Below are positions 13,401 through 26,320 of a stretch of DNA of 64,000 nucleotides, piece after piece (position 1 is the first letter of the stretch; every line of letters starts with the position of its first letter). The stretch comes from Hypanus sabinus. Taxonomy: Eukaryota. The notes under the pieces are model-generated. The model was not told the origin of the DNA. It ran no database searches and was given only the letters and a program-made list of their open reading frames with translations. The position numbers were made by a program, and so were the translations under genes. Where the stretch lies: assembly GCF_030144855.1 (NCBI RefSeq), contig NC_082726.1, positions 38,254,001-38,318,000 of the forward strand, written 5' to 3'.

Positions 13401-14520
13401 TGGATTTGCCTGCCTGCCACTTTTACTTTTCACCTTACTACTTTTTGCTTCTACCCTCATTTTACACCCCTCTGTCTCCCTGCACTTGTTCCCATCCCCC
13501 TGCAACATTAGTTTAAAGCCTCCTGAGCAGCAGTAGCAAACGCTCCCCTTAGGACATTGGTTCCAGTCCAGCCCAGGTGCAAACCGTCCTGTTTATACCG
13601 GTCCCACCTCCCCCAGAACTGGTTCCAATGCCCCAGAAATTTGAATCCCTCCCCCTTGCACCGTTTTTCAAGCCACGTATACATCTGAAATATCCTCCTA
13701 TTTCTACTCTGACTACTCTGGTAGTAATCCAGAGATTATTACCTTAGTGGTCCTACTTTTTAGTTTATCTCCTAACTCCCTAAATTCATCTTGTAGGACC
13801 TCATCCAGTTTTTTACTTATATCGTTGGTACCTATGTGCATCATGACCACTGACTGTTCACCTTCCCATTCCAGAATGTCCTGCAGCCACTCAGAGACAT
13901 CCTTGAGCCTTGCACCAGGGAGGCAACATACCATCCTGGAGTCTCGTTTGCAGCCGAAACACCTATTTATTCCCCTTACAATCGAATCCCCTATCACTGT
14001 AGCTCTCCCACTCCTTTTCCTTCCCTCCTGTGCCACAGAGCCACCCATGGTGCAATGAGCTCGGCTGCTGCTGCCTTCCCCTGATGAGACATCTCCCCCA
14101 ACAGTATCCAAAACAGTATATCTGTTTAGGAGGGAGATGACCCCAGGGGACTCGTGCACTACCTGCCTACTGCTACGCTGTCTAGTGGCCACCCCTTCCC
14201 TTTCTGCCTTTGTAGCCTTTACCTGTGGTGTGGCCAACTCACTGAACGTGCTATTCACGACTTTCTCAGCATTGCGGATGCTCCAGTCTGAATCCAATTG
14301 CAGCTCCAGACGCTCAATGCGGTCTGCCAGAAGCTGCAGTTGGACACACTTCCTGCACACAAAGTCGTCAGGTACACTGGAAGTATCCCTGATTTCCCAC
14401 ATGCTGCAGGATGAACAAACGACGGGGCCAATCTCAGCTGCCATGACCTACCCAATACTTGCCTCAACTTTTGAAACTTCCTCCTTTGAAAGGAACTTAC
14501 CCGGCCTTACCTCACTTGGA
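10474..14520 (-). mobile_element. Near-full-length CR1 LINE, inactivated (ORF1 zinc finger/coiled coil/SGNH esterase; ORF2 APE+RT)
   Basis: ORF1 13713-14444 (CSSC...CRKC, IGDS); APE 12360-13508 (NARS, YRPP, GDFN, SDH); RT pieces 11955-12209, 11296-11850 and 10561-11295, with an in-frame stop at 11296-8, frameshifts, and FADD changed to FAGD. Confidence 0.95.
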
Positions 14521-14954
14521 GACAATGACTCAGTCATTGTCCCTAAAAACAGACCACAGAGCACAGAATTCCATGTTACGCAGTCGCTCGGCCATGATAT
14601 CCCTTTCCAGATCTTGGCAGAAACATAGACCACAAAAAAATAGATGGATGATTGTCTCTTCACCTGGAGGGCAGCATGCAGTGGGACTGAGACATCAACT
14701 GCACACAAAGGATATGACAGAAGGCCCTTACAACCAAGAGTCAAGTGAGCTCAACTGCCTTGCTATACAGCCATACAAAACAGGAGAAGGGTATTACAAT
14801 AGTCACATGTGTGGACCTATGTCTTAAGATAAAAGTAATCCCACATAACATGAAAATACACAAGATGTTGAACAATGCACACAGAGTCCAGGCATCATCA
14901 GCTAGCATTTTGACTTGATCAGTGACCTTTATCAGAACTGTGGTGGTTGTTTTT

Positions 14955-17040
14955 AGAACATAAAACACCACAACTTAGTATAGGCCCTTTGGCTAACAAT
15001 ATTGCTATACTAGTCAATCTAACCTACATAGCCCTCCATTTTAATATCATTTATGTGCCTACCTAAGAATTTCTTAAATATCCTTAATATATCTGTCTCT
15101 ACCATTGTCCCTGGCAGGGTGTTCCATGCATCCACCACTCTCTGTGCAGAAATACTTAACTCTGACATCCTCCCTATACTTTCCACCAATCACCTTCATG
15201 TTAGCCATTTCTGCCCTGGGAAAAAAGTCTGGCCATCCGCTTTTCATCTTGTACACCTCTATCAAGTCACCTCTCATCATCTTCTGCTCCAAAGGGAAAA
15301 GGTCGAGTTTGATCAACCTATCCTTATAAGGCACACTCTCTAACCCAGGCAGTATCCTAGTAAATCTTTGCATTCGCTCTAAAGTTTCCACTTCCTTTAA
15401 TGAATTGTCTAGAATAGAACACAATATTCTAAGTGTGGTCTAACCAGGATTCTATACAGGTGCAATATTACCTCACTCCTGGCTCTTGAACTCAATCCCC
15501 TGACTAACAAAGGGCAACACAAAGTATGCCTTCTTAACAACTGTATGAACTTGTGTGGCAACTTTGAAGAATTTATAGACATGGACCCCAAAATCCCTAT
15601 GATCCTCTACACTACTGTAGAGGATCCTGTATTCTGCCTTCAAATATGATCTTCCAAAGTGAATCACTTCACACTTTTCTGGGTTGAACCCAATCTGCCA
15701 CTTCTCAGCCCAGCTCTGCCTCTTGACAATATGCTGTTGTAACCCTAAGGCAACCTACATTATCCACAATTCCACCAACCTTCATGTCATCTGCAAACTT
15801 ACTAACCCACCTTCCACTTCCTCTTCCAAGTAATTTATAAAAATCTCAAAGCACAGGGGTCCCAGAACATATCACTGCAGAATACCACTAGTTACCGATC
15901 TCCAAGCAGAAGACACTCCATTTACAAACACCATCTAGCTTCTAAGGGCTATCCAATTCTGAATCCACACAGCCACATTTCCCTGGTCCCCATTCCTCCT
16001 GACTTTCTGAATGAATTTAACATGAGGAAGCTTATCAAATACCTTAATAAAATTCATAAAAACCACATCCACTGTTCTATATTCATCAGTATGCTTTGTT
16101 ACATCCTCAAAAAATTCAATTAGGCTCATGAAGCATTACATACCCTTCACAAAACCACAATATCTATCCCTAATCAGATGTTGCAAAATATGCTCATAAA
16201 TCCTGTCTCTAAAAATATAATTGAAGTAAGACATTGATATATAATTCCCAACATTTTCTCCCTACTCCCATTTGCCATCCTGCAATCATCTGGTACTAAT
16301 ACTGTGGCCAGTGATGATGCAAAGATCATCATCAAAGGCATTTCATGTAGTCACCTAAGATATATTCTGTCTGGCCCTGGGGACTTATAAATCCTGATAT
16401 CTTTCAGAAGTTCCAGCTCATCCTCTTTCTACCAACATGATCTAACATGTCCTAGCACAGCCTTACACTGTCCTCACAAATGTCAAGCCCCTCCCGCTGG
16501 TGAGTACTGAAGCAAAGTATTCATGATTAACATCCCATACTTCCTCCAACTCCAGGCACCTGTTTTCTCTTCTATCCCTGATCAGTCCTACCCTCATTCT
16601 AGTCATCCTCCTGCTCTTCACTTAGGTATAGAATGCTTTAGGGTTTTCCTTAATCCTATTTGCTGAGGCCTTCTCATGCCCGCTTCTAATCTCGTAAATC
16701 CATTTTTAAGTTCCTTCGCGGCTACCTTGGAACTCTGTAGCCCTGTCTGACCATTGGTTTATCAAACTTAAGTAAGCTTCTTTCTTCCTCAAGGAGTTCC
16801 TTCACTTCTTCCATCTCAAAGGGACAAACCCATCCAGAACACCAGGCTAGTGTTCCCTAAACAACCTCCACATTTCCACTGCACATTTCCCCAGATTCTT
16901 CTGTTCCCAATGTATGCATTCAAATTCTTGCCTAAGAGCATCATAATATCCCCTCCCCCAATTACTTTCCCATACCGTCCACTCCTATTCTTGTCCAAGG
17001 CTATGGTAAAGGTCAGGAGTTGTGGTCACTGTCTCTGAAA
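14955..17040 (-). mobile_element. Older degenerate CR1 ORF2 (5'-truncated)
   Basis: Fragmented RT remnants (LIEFFEDVTKH, LYRILVRPHLEYC, RGDLIEVYK) and a CR1-type 3' tail near 14955. Confidence 0.85.
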
Positions 17041-17414
17041 TGTTCAAGATTTCTGCTGAGATTATATATTTCTTGGCAAATGTACACAAGAAGATGCAAT
17101 ACTATTGCAACAGTACTGAAGCCATCTCAAGGGCAGTATTTACTAGCATTCATTTTTTATATACAGTACTTTAAAATGTTGCTATTATTAGGCCAGTAAT
17201 ATGTACTAATAAACATAAAATGCTGACAAAAGCCCATGTAAGACAACATCTTTGGAAATCCGAATAAGCAATGCTTGAGGTTAGTTTTCATGCCAAATAT
17301 CTCAGTCTTTATGAAGGAGGCTGACCCGAAACGTGTACTCTTTCTCTGCTCGTTTTGCAAGTTTTAAAACAACACTTCCTGTTTTTATTTGTTTTCCGGC
17401 ACCTGCATTTTATT

Positions 17415-18260
17415 TCTGATATTCGTAATTAAACCGGCGGTGTCGCAGCAAGGAGACGTAGATCGACAATGAGACAGACGGAAGGGGGCTCGCAACTTCA
17501 TCCCACGACCAACGAGCGCTCGCAAACTGATGGGACGAAGGCTATGACGCACGGCGAGCTGATCAGAGCACGCTTCACGGCGATTGGCCACGCCGCCGCA
17601 GACGTGTCCGAGGAGGCGGTGCGGCCGCTGTGACGTGCCGTAGAATGTTGTGACAGAAAGTTAGCAGGTCGGTTGGTGGTAGTAACAGTGGTCACACAAA
17701 GGAGTCAGCGTTCGCAAAGAGAATGTGCGGTGAGTGTCAGCTGGGGGCGATTCCCGAGCTCCCTGTATGTGGCTTCTCTGTTAATACAAGCTGCCTGAGA
17801 AGCGGGGACGACGCATGGCTTTTTTTTCTTGCATGTGCTTTAATAAAACAGCTTGTGGCTTCTTAGAGTATCAGAAGATTACTGCTTGTGTTGGGATTAT
17901 GGTGAGATTGTATTTTTAATTAAAACCTGATAGTTCCGGGTCCGTTTTGATTTCCTTCCATAGTACTGGATATTTTTTATTGCGTGTGTAGCTGTGGGGG
18001 TTGGGGCGGAGGGTCGATGGTAACATGAGCGATGTATCAGAATACGTTTTGGAGCAAGTATCCTGGCGTATCCTGCCTTTCCACTCGTTTGACAACGTGG
18101 ATGGGGAGAGAAGTGACTGATTTTCGGTGATGACAGAGTTGGATTGAGGTCATCAGGGGTTCAGATTTAAAGGGTTTAAACGGTTCAGATTTTTGAGCAG
18201 ACGCTCAGAAAGGCACGTATTTCGAGTGACTATATGCCGCAAAATTTTGGGTGTAATTGA
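17415..18260 (+). promoter_or_regulatory. GFPT1: CpG-rich promoter/first-exon region of GFPT1
   Basis: Locally dense CpGs in an otherwise CpG-depleted window; inverted CCAAT (ATTGG 17583), GACGTG motifs at 17601 and 17632, GC box ggggcggag at about 18003; surrounds the ATG exon. Confidence 0.8.
17723..17729 (+). CDS. GFPT1: GFPT1 exon 1 coding part (ATG TGC G; Met-Cys, the catalytic N-terminal Cys)
   Basis: agagaATGTGCG followed by donor gtgagt at 17730; joins exon 2 as G+GA = Gly to give MCGIFAY. Confidence 0.9.
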
Positions 18261-18475
18261 TGTATTCTAGTGCTTTTTTTTAACGATCACTTAAGGTCTC
18301 TATACCCGATCACAAAATCACTCATGGAACAGACTCTTCCATATACAGTGTATGTATGTGTGTGTGTATGTGTATATATATATTTTTTTTACAATTTTCC
18401 TGCAATCAATATTTTTTAAGAAGTTCGTTTCAAATTCTGCAACTGAAAGAAGCTTTAATTAGTGGTTATTGCGTT

Positions 18476-19003
18476 CTAGAACACTACAGCACAGAAACAG
18501 AACCTTCGGCCCGTCGAGTCTGTGCTGAAACATTAATTTGCATAGTCCCATCGATCTACACCACAGACCATAGACCTCCATACCTCTCCCATCCGTGAAC
18601 TTATCCAAATTTCTCTTAAATGTTATAATTGAACCCACAGCCACCACTTATGCTGGCATCTCATTCCGTACGCTCACCTGTCCTCTGAGTGGAGAAGTTC
18701 TCCCTCAACATTTCACCTTTCACCCTTAACCCATGGATGGCCTCTTGTTCTAGTCTCATCCAACCTCAGTGGAAAAAGCCTGCTGGCATTTGCCCTATCT
18801 ATACTCCTCATAATTTTGTATACCTTTATCAAATCTCCCCTCAATTTTCTATGTTCTCGGGAAAAAAGTCCTAACCTAGTCAACCTTTCCCTATAACTTA
18901 GATCCTCAAGTCCTAGTAACATCCTCGTAAATTTTCTCTGCACTCTTTTAATCTTATTTATATCTCTTCTGTAGGTAGAAGACTAAAACTGTACATGATA
19001 CTC
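18476..19003 (-). mobile_element. CR1 3' fragment
   Basis: QRKFTRMLLGLEDLSYRERLTRLGLFS...RGDLIKVYKIM and tail gtgctgtagtgttcta on the minus strand. Confidence 0.85.
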
Positions 19004-22000
19004 CATAAGACACAGGAGCGCCTCTGATGGTTGAACCTTCTCCCCATTTAGATAATAGTCCACGCTATTATACCTTTTACCAAAATGCATTGTCATACAT
19101 TTCCCAACACTGTATTCCATCTGCCACTTTTTTGCCCATTCTTCCAACTTGTCTAAGTCCTGCTGCAAACTCATTGCTTCCTCAGCGCGACCTATCCCTC
19201 CACTTATCTTCATATCATCTGCACAACTTTGCCACAAAGCCATCAATTCCATTATCTAAATCACTGACAAACAATGTGAAAAGTAGCGGTTCCAATACTG
19301 ACCCCTGAGGAACACCACTAGTCACTGGCAGCCAACTATTTCCACTTGCTGGTTCCTGCCTGTCAGCCGTTCCGCTATCTATGCCAGTATTTTTCCTGTA
19401 ATGCCATAGGATTTTATCTTGTTAAGCAGCCTCATATGTGGCACCTTATCAAACGCCTTCTGAAAACCCAAGTAAATGACATCCACTACTTCTCCTTTGT
19501 CCACCCTGCTTGTAACTTCTACGAAGTTTAAAATCCACCCTGCTTGTAATTCTAAACAGATTTGTCAGGTAAGATTTCCCTTTACAGAAACCATGCTGAC
19601 TTTGACTTATCATTAGTCTCAAGATACCTGGAAACCTTTTCCTTAGTAATAGATCCAACACTTTCCCAACCACTGAGGTTAGGCTAACTGGCCTACAATT
19701 TCCTTTCTTTTGCCTTCCTCCGGGACCATGCCAGAATCAAGTGATTCTTGAAAGATCATAACCAATGCATCTGTTATCTCTTCAGCAAACTCTCTCAGGA
19801 CTCTGGGATGTAGTCCATCTAGTCCCAGTGACTTATCCACCATAAGACTTTTGAGTTTGCCTAACACTTTGTAATAGTAATGGCACTCACTCCTGCTCCC
19901 TGACACTCACGGATCTCGGGCACACTGCTATTGTCTTCCACTGTGAACACCGATGCAAGGTACCCATTAAGTTCATCTGCCATTTCTTTGTCCCCCAGTA
20001 CTATCTCACCAGTATAATTTTACTGTGGTCCAATATCAACTCTCACCTCCCCTTTTGTTCTTCATATAACTGAAAACATTTTTGATATCCTGCTTTATAT
20101 TATTGGCTAGTCTGCGCTCAAATGTCATCTTTTCTGTTCTTACAGCTTTTTTTTTAGTTGCCTTTTGTTGGATTTTAAAAGCTTCCCACTCACTTTTACT
20201 ACCTTACATGTCCTTTCCTTGGCTTTTGTGCAGTCCTTAACTTCCTTTGTCAGCCACAGTTGTCTACCCCTGCCATTTGAGAACTTCCTCCTCTGTGGAA
20301 CATATCTGTCCTGCACCTTGTGAACTATTCTTAGAACTACAGCCACCTCTGCTCTGCTGTCATCCCCACCAGTATCCTCCTCCAATCCACCTGAGCAAGG
20401 TCCTCTTTCATGTCTCTGTAACTCCCTTTATTCCATTGTGATACTGATACATATGAGTTATTCTTCTCCCTTTCAAATTGCAGTAGGAATTCAATCATAT
20501 TATGATCACTGCAGGGTTCCCTTCCATTAAGCTTCCTAATAAGATCTGGGTTATTACACAACACCCAATCTAAGATAGCCTTTCCCTGAGTAGGTTCAAG
20601 CACAAGCTGCTCTAAAAAAAACCATCTCATAGACATTCAACAAATTCCCTCTCTTGCGATCCAACATCAACTTGATTTCCCCAACTCCCTTACATATTGA
20701 AGTCCCTTATTACAATTGTGTCATTACCCTTATTACATGCCTTTTCCTGCTCCCTTTGCAATCTCAACCCCACATCTTGGCTTCTAACTGGAGCCCCATA
20801 TATGTTTTCCATAATGTTTTTTTTTACTGTTGCAGTTTTGTAACTCCACCCACAAAGATTCAGCATTCTCTGACCCTATGTCATCTCTTTCTAAAGATGG
20901 AATTCCATCTCTTACCAAAAAAGCCATACCACTGCCTATACCTTCCTGCTTGTCCTTTCAATACGAAGTATATCCTTTGATATCCCAACTATGGCCTTCT
21001 TTCAGCCATGACTCAGTGATGTCCATGATGTCATACTGACCAATCTCTAATTGCACCATGAGTTTCCGAATAAAACACACATTTAAATACAGCATCTTCA
21101 GTCTTGCATTCTTTACCCTTTTGAATTTTGCCTCTGTGGTAAAATTTAACTCTGCTTTGTCTGCATTTGTATCCAGGCATTGGCTTGTCCTTCCTTACAT
21201 TCATGTTACATGCATCATCGACTTGTAACCCTGCTGGATCATCCTCAGCTTTATTATACTGGTTCCCATACCTCTGCCGTATTAGATTAAACCACTCCTA
21301 ACAGCTCTAGTTAACCTGCCCGCAAGAATATTGGTCTCCCTCGGATTCAAGTATAACCCATCCTTTCTGTACAGGTCACACCTGCACCAGAGGAGGTCCA
21401 AGTTATCCAGAAATCTAAATCCCTGATCCCTGCTCCAATTCTTCAGCCATGTATTGATCAGCCACCTCATTTTATCCCTATCTTCACTGTCATGTGGCAC
21501 TGGCAGCAATCCCGAAATTACTGACCTTGTGGTCCAGCTTCTCAGCTTCCTTTCTAACTCTCTGTGTTCTCTCTTCAGGACCTTCTCACTTTTTCTTCCC
21601 ATGTTGTTGGTACCGACATGTACCATGACTTCTGGTGGCTCACCCTCCCTTTTCAGGATATTGTGGATTTGTCCAGAAACATACTGGACTCTGGCACCTA
21701 GGATGCAAACCACCATCCATGTGTCCTTTTCACATCCACAGGATCGCCAGAATGTCCGCCTGACTATAGAGTCCCCCTTTACTGTTGCCATCCTCTTAAG
21801 CTACAGGGCTAGACTCAATGTAAGAAGCATAGCCACTGTTGCTTTGCCAGGATAAGTCACACCCCCTCCCACCCCCCCCCCCCCCCCCCCCCCGCCCGCC
21901 AGCACTACTCAAAATGGACTACTTATTGTTAAAGTGGATGGCCCCATAGGGGTGCTCTCCACTATCTAATGTTTTTCCTTCCCTCTACTGACAGTCACCC

Positions 22001-25000
22001 GTTTATCTGTCTGCTCTAGCCTTGGGATGACTACCTCCCTGTAGCACCTATCTATAATTGCCTCATTTTCCCAAGCTGAAGGTCATCAAGCTGCAGCTCC
22101 AGTTTCCTAACACAGTCTCTAAGGAGCTGCATCTCAATAGACAATAGACAATAGGTGCAGTAGACCATTCGGCCCTTTGAGCCTGCACCACCATTTTGAG
22201 ATCATGGCTGATCATCTACTATCAATACCCGGTTCCTGCCTTGTCCCTATATCCCTTGATTCCCCTATCCATAAGATACCTATCTATCTCCTTCTTGAAA
22301 GCATCCAGAGAATTGGCCTCCACTACCTTCCAAGGCAGTGCATTCCAGACCCCCACAACTCTCTGGGAGAAGAAGTTTTTCCTTAACTCTGTCCTAAATG
22401 ACCTACCCCTTATTCTCAAACCATGCCCTTTTGTACTGGACTTTCCCAGCATCTGGAACATATTTCCTGCCTCTATCTTGTCCAATCCCTTAATAATCTT
22501 ATATGTTTCAATCAGATCCCCTCTCAATCTCCTTAATTCCAGCGTGTACAAGCCCAGTCTCTCTAACCTCTCTACGTAAAACAGTCCAGACATCTCAGGA
22601 ATTAACTTTGTGAATCTATGCTGCACTTCCTCTACAACCAGGATGTCCTTCCTTAACCCTGGAGACCAAAACTGTACACAATACTCCAGATGTGGTCTCA
22701 CCAGGGCTCTGTACAAATGCAAGAGGATTTCCTTGCTCTTGTACTCAATTCCCTTTGTAATAAAGGCCAACATTCCATTAGCCTTCTTCACTGCCTGCTG
22801 CACTTGCTCATTCACCTTTAGTGACTGATGAACAAGTACTCCTAGATCTCTTTGTATTTCTCCCTTATCTAATTTTACACCGTTCAGATAATGATCTGCC
22901 TTCCCGTTCTTACTCCCAAAGTGGATAACCTCACACTTATTCACATTAAATGTCATCTGCCAAGTATCTGCCCACTCACCCAGCCTATTCAAGTCACCCT
23001 GAATTCTCCTAACATCCTCATCACATGTCACACTGCCACCCAGCTTAGTATCATCAGCAAATTTGCTGATGTTATTCTCAATGCCTTCATCTAAATCGTT
23101 GACGTAAATTGTAAACAGTTGTGGTCCCAATACCGAGCCCTGTGGCACCCCACTAGTCACCACCTGCCATTCCGAGAAACACCCATTCACCGCTACCCTT
23201 TGCTTTCTATCTGCCAACCAGTTTTCTATCCATGTCTTCCCCCCGATGCCATGAGCTTTGATTTTACCCACCAATCTCCTATGTGGGACCTTATCAAATG
23301 CCTTCTGAAAATCGAGGTACACTACATCCACTGGATCTCCCCCATCTAACTTCCTGGTTACATCCTCGAAAAACTCCAACAGATTAGTCAAGCATGATTT
23401 ACCCTTGGTAAATCCATGCTGGCTCGGCCCAATCCTATCACTGCTATCTAGATATGCCACTATCTCATCCTTAATAATGGACTCTAGCATCTTCCCCACC
23501 ACCGATGTCAGGCTGATAGGTCGATAGTTCTCTGTTTTCTCCCTCCCTCCTTTCTTAAAAAGTGGGATAACATTAGCCATTCTCCAATCCTCAGGAACTG
23601 ATCCTGAATCTAAGGAACATTGGAAAATGATTACCAATGCATCCAAAATTTCCAGGGCCACTTCCTTTAGTACCCTAGGATGCAGACCATCTGGACCTGG
23701 GGATTTGTTAGCCTTCAGTCCCATCAGTCTACTCATCACCGTTTCCTTCCCAATGTCAATCTGTTTCATTTCCTCTGTTACCCTATGTCCTTGGCCCATC
23801 CATACATCTGGGAGATTGCTTGTGTCTTCCTTAGAGAAAACAGATCTAAAGTACTCATTAAATTTTTCTGCCATTTCTGTTTCCCATAACAATTTCACTC
23901 AATTAATTCTTCAAGGGCCCAACATTGTTCTTAACTATCTTCTTTCTCTTCACATACCTAAAAAAGCTTTTGCTATCCTCCTTTATATTCTTGGCTAGTT
24001 TGCGTTCGTACCTCATTTTTTTCTCCCCGTAATGCCTTTTTAGTTAAGTTCTGTTGTTCCTTAAAAACTTCCCAATCATCTGTCCTCCCACTCACCTTAG
24101 CTCTGTCATACTTCCTTTTTTTTAATGCTATGCAATCTCTGACTTCCTTTGTCAACCACTGTGGCCCCTTTCCCCCCATTGAATCCTTCCTTCTCCGGGG
24201 GATGAACTGATTTTGCACCTTGTGCATTATTCCCAAGAATACCTGCCATTGCTGTTACACTGTCTTTTCTGCTAGGATATCCGTCCAGTCAACTTTGGCC
24301 AGCTCCTCCCTCATGGCTCCATAGTTTCCCCTGTTCAACTGCAACACTGACATCTCCGAGCTGCCCTTATCCTTCTCAAATTGCAGACAAAAATTTATCA
24401 TATTATGATCAGTACCTCCTAATGGCTCCTTTACTGCAAGATTGCTTATCAAATCCTGTTCATTACATAACACTAAATCCAGAATAGTCTTGTCCCTGGT
24501 CGGCTCTCGTACAAGCTGTTCCAGGAATGCATCCCTTAGGCACTCTACAAACTCCCTATCCTGGGGCCCAGCACCAACCTGATTCTCCCAGTTCACCTGC
24601 ATGTTGAAATCCCCCATAACTACTGCGACATTACCTTTGCCACATGCCAATGTTAACTCCCTATTCAACTTGCACCCAATATCCATGCTACTGTTTGGTG
24701 GCCTGTAGACAACACCCATGAGGGTCCTTTTGCCCTTACTGTTCCTCAGTTCTATCTCGATGCACCTGGGGCAGATGTGGCAATTGGAAAGGCCGGGAGT
24801 CTCTTGGAAACCCCACATCTGACACCCAGAGCAGAGCACTGGTTCTGTAGGCATTCGCCCCTATTCTCTCTAGAGTTAAATGAGAAATAAGGAACGAACT
24901 TACCCACTTACCTTGACTCTGCCTGTTTTCGCTGAAGCCTTCCTACTCTGATGGTGACAACTCCCACGGTGACCGCTCCGCTGGGCAGTACCTCTTCTTT
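19004..25000 (-). mobile_element. Older near-full-length CR1 (host), interrupted in ORF1 by a younger CR1 at 22136-24753
   Basis: Degenerate RT/APE at 19004-21280 and esterase at 21282-21791 (GDSIVR, VHVGTN, DGLYLN). The ORF1 N-terminal zinc finger resumes at 24754-24854; removing the insert restores CPRCIEMQLLRDCVRKLELQLDDLQL. Confidence 0.85.
22136..24753 (-). mobile_element. Young 5'-truncated CR1 with an intact 558-aa RT segment
   Basis: ORF 22222-23898 (YRPISLTS, GVPQGSVLGP, FADD); APE remnant 24255-24753; (CTATTGT)n tail at 22136-22154; flanking ATCTC repeat at 22131-5 and 24754-8; a stop and frameshift upstream of RT. Confidence 0.95.
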
Positions 25001-25039
25001 TATATAGGTTCTGGGTTCTTAAAAGCTCTTTGTTGGACT

Positions 25040-26320
25040 TGACTCCAAATCAGGCCTCATCAATGTCTTATACAATTTCAAAGTAACGTCCCAAGTCCTG
25101 TAGTTAATACAATGATATATGAAGGCCAATGTGCTAAAAGCATTTTTTAAGACGCTATTTACCTGTGAGGCCACTTTAATGGAATTATGCATCTGTATTC
25201 CCATATCATTCTGTTCTACCACACTCCTCAGTGCCCTACCGCTCACCGTGTAAGACATACTCTGGTTGGTCCTCCCAAAGTGCAGCAGATCACACTTGCC
25301 TGCATTAAATTCCACCTGCTGTTTTTCAGTCTGTTTCACCAGCTGGTCCAGATCCTGTTACAAATTTTGATAGTCTTCCTTGCTGTCCACCACACCCCCA
25401 ATCCTGGTGTCATTTGCAAATTTGCTGATCTAGTTTCCCTACGTTATTATTCAGATTGTTGATATAATGACAAACAACAATGGACTCAGAACTGATCCCT
25501 GCGGCACTCCATTAGTCACAGGCCTCCAGTCAGAGACTCAACCACCTATAACAATTACCTGGCTTCTCCCACAAAGCCAATATCTAATCCAGTTTACTAC
25601 CCCATCTTGAATGCCAAGCGACTACACCTTCGGACCTTGTCAAAGGCCTTGGAAAAATCCATGCGGATGACATACTGCCTTTCCTGGTAACTTTCTTGAA
25701 AAATTCTCTTAAGATGGAATAGACAAGCCTTGCCTTGCACAAAGCCATGTTGACTATCCCTAATCAGTCCCTGTCTATCCAAATAACTTTATATCCTGTT
25801 CCTTAGAATACTTTGCAGTAAGTTTCCCACTACTGACGTCAGATTCACTGGTCTGTACTTCTAGGTTATTCATAGCCTTTCATAAACAATGGAACAACAT
25901 TTAGCTATTCTCCAATCCTCTGTCACCTCACCCATTGCTAAGGATGTTTTAAATATCTCTGCAAGGGCCCCTGCAGTTTCTGCATTTGCCTCCCACAGGG
26001 TCTGAGAGAACACCTTGTTAGGCCCTGGGGATTTATCCACCCTAATTTGCCTCAAGACAGCCAACACCTCCTCCTCTGTAATCAGTATGGGATCCATGAC
26101 CCCTCTGTTGCTTTGCCTCATTTATATAGACTCTGTATCCATCTCCCAAGTAAATACAGATGCAAAAAAAATCCATTTAAGGTTTTCCCCCATCTCTTTC
26201 AGCTCCATGCACAGATGACCACCCCGATCTTCCAGAGGACCTATTTTGTTCCTTCTCATCCTTTTGCTCTTAGTAATCTGTAGAAGCCCAAAGGATTCTC
26301 CTTCACCTTTTCTGCTAGAG
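25040..26320 (-). mobile_element. Degenerate CR1 RT fragment
   Basis: DKSPGP, DSQHGFVQGK, MDFSKAFDKV and LKLYKTLMRP remnants. Confidence 0.85.
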
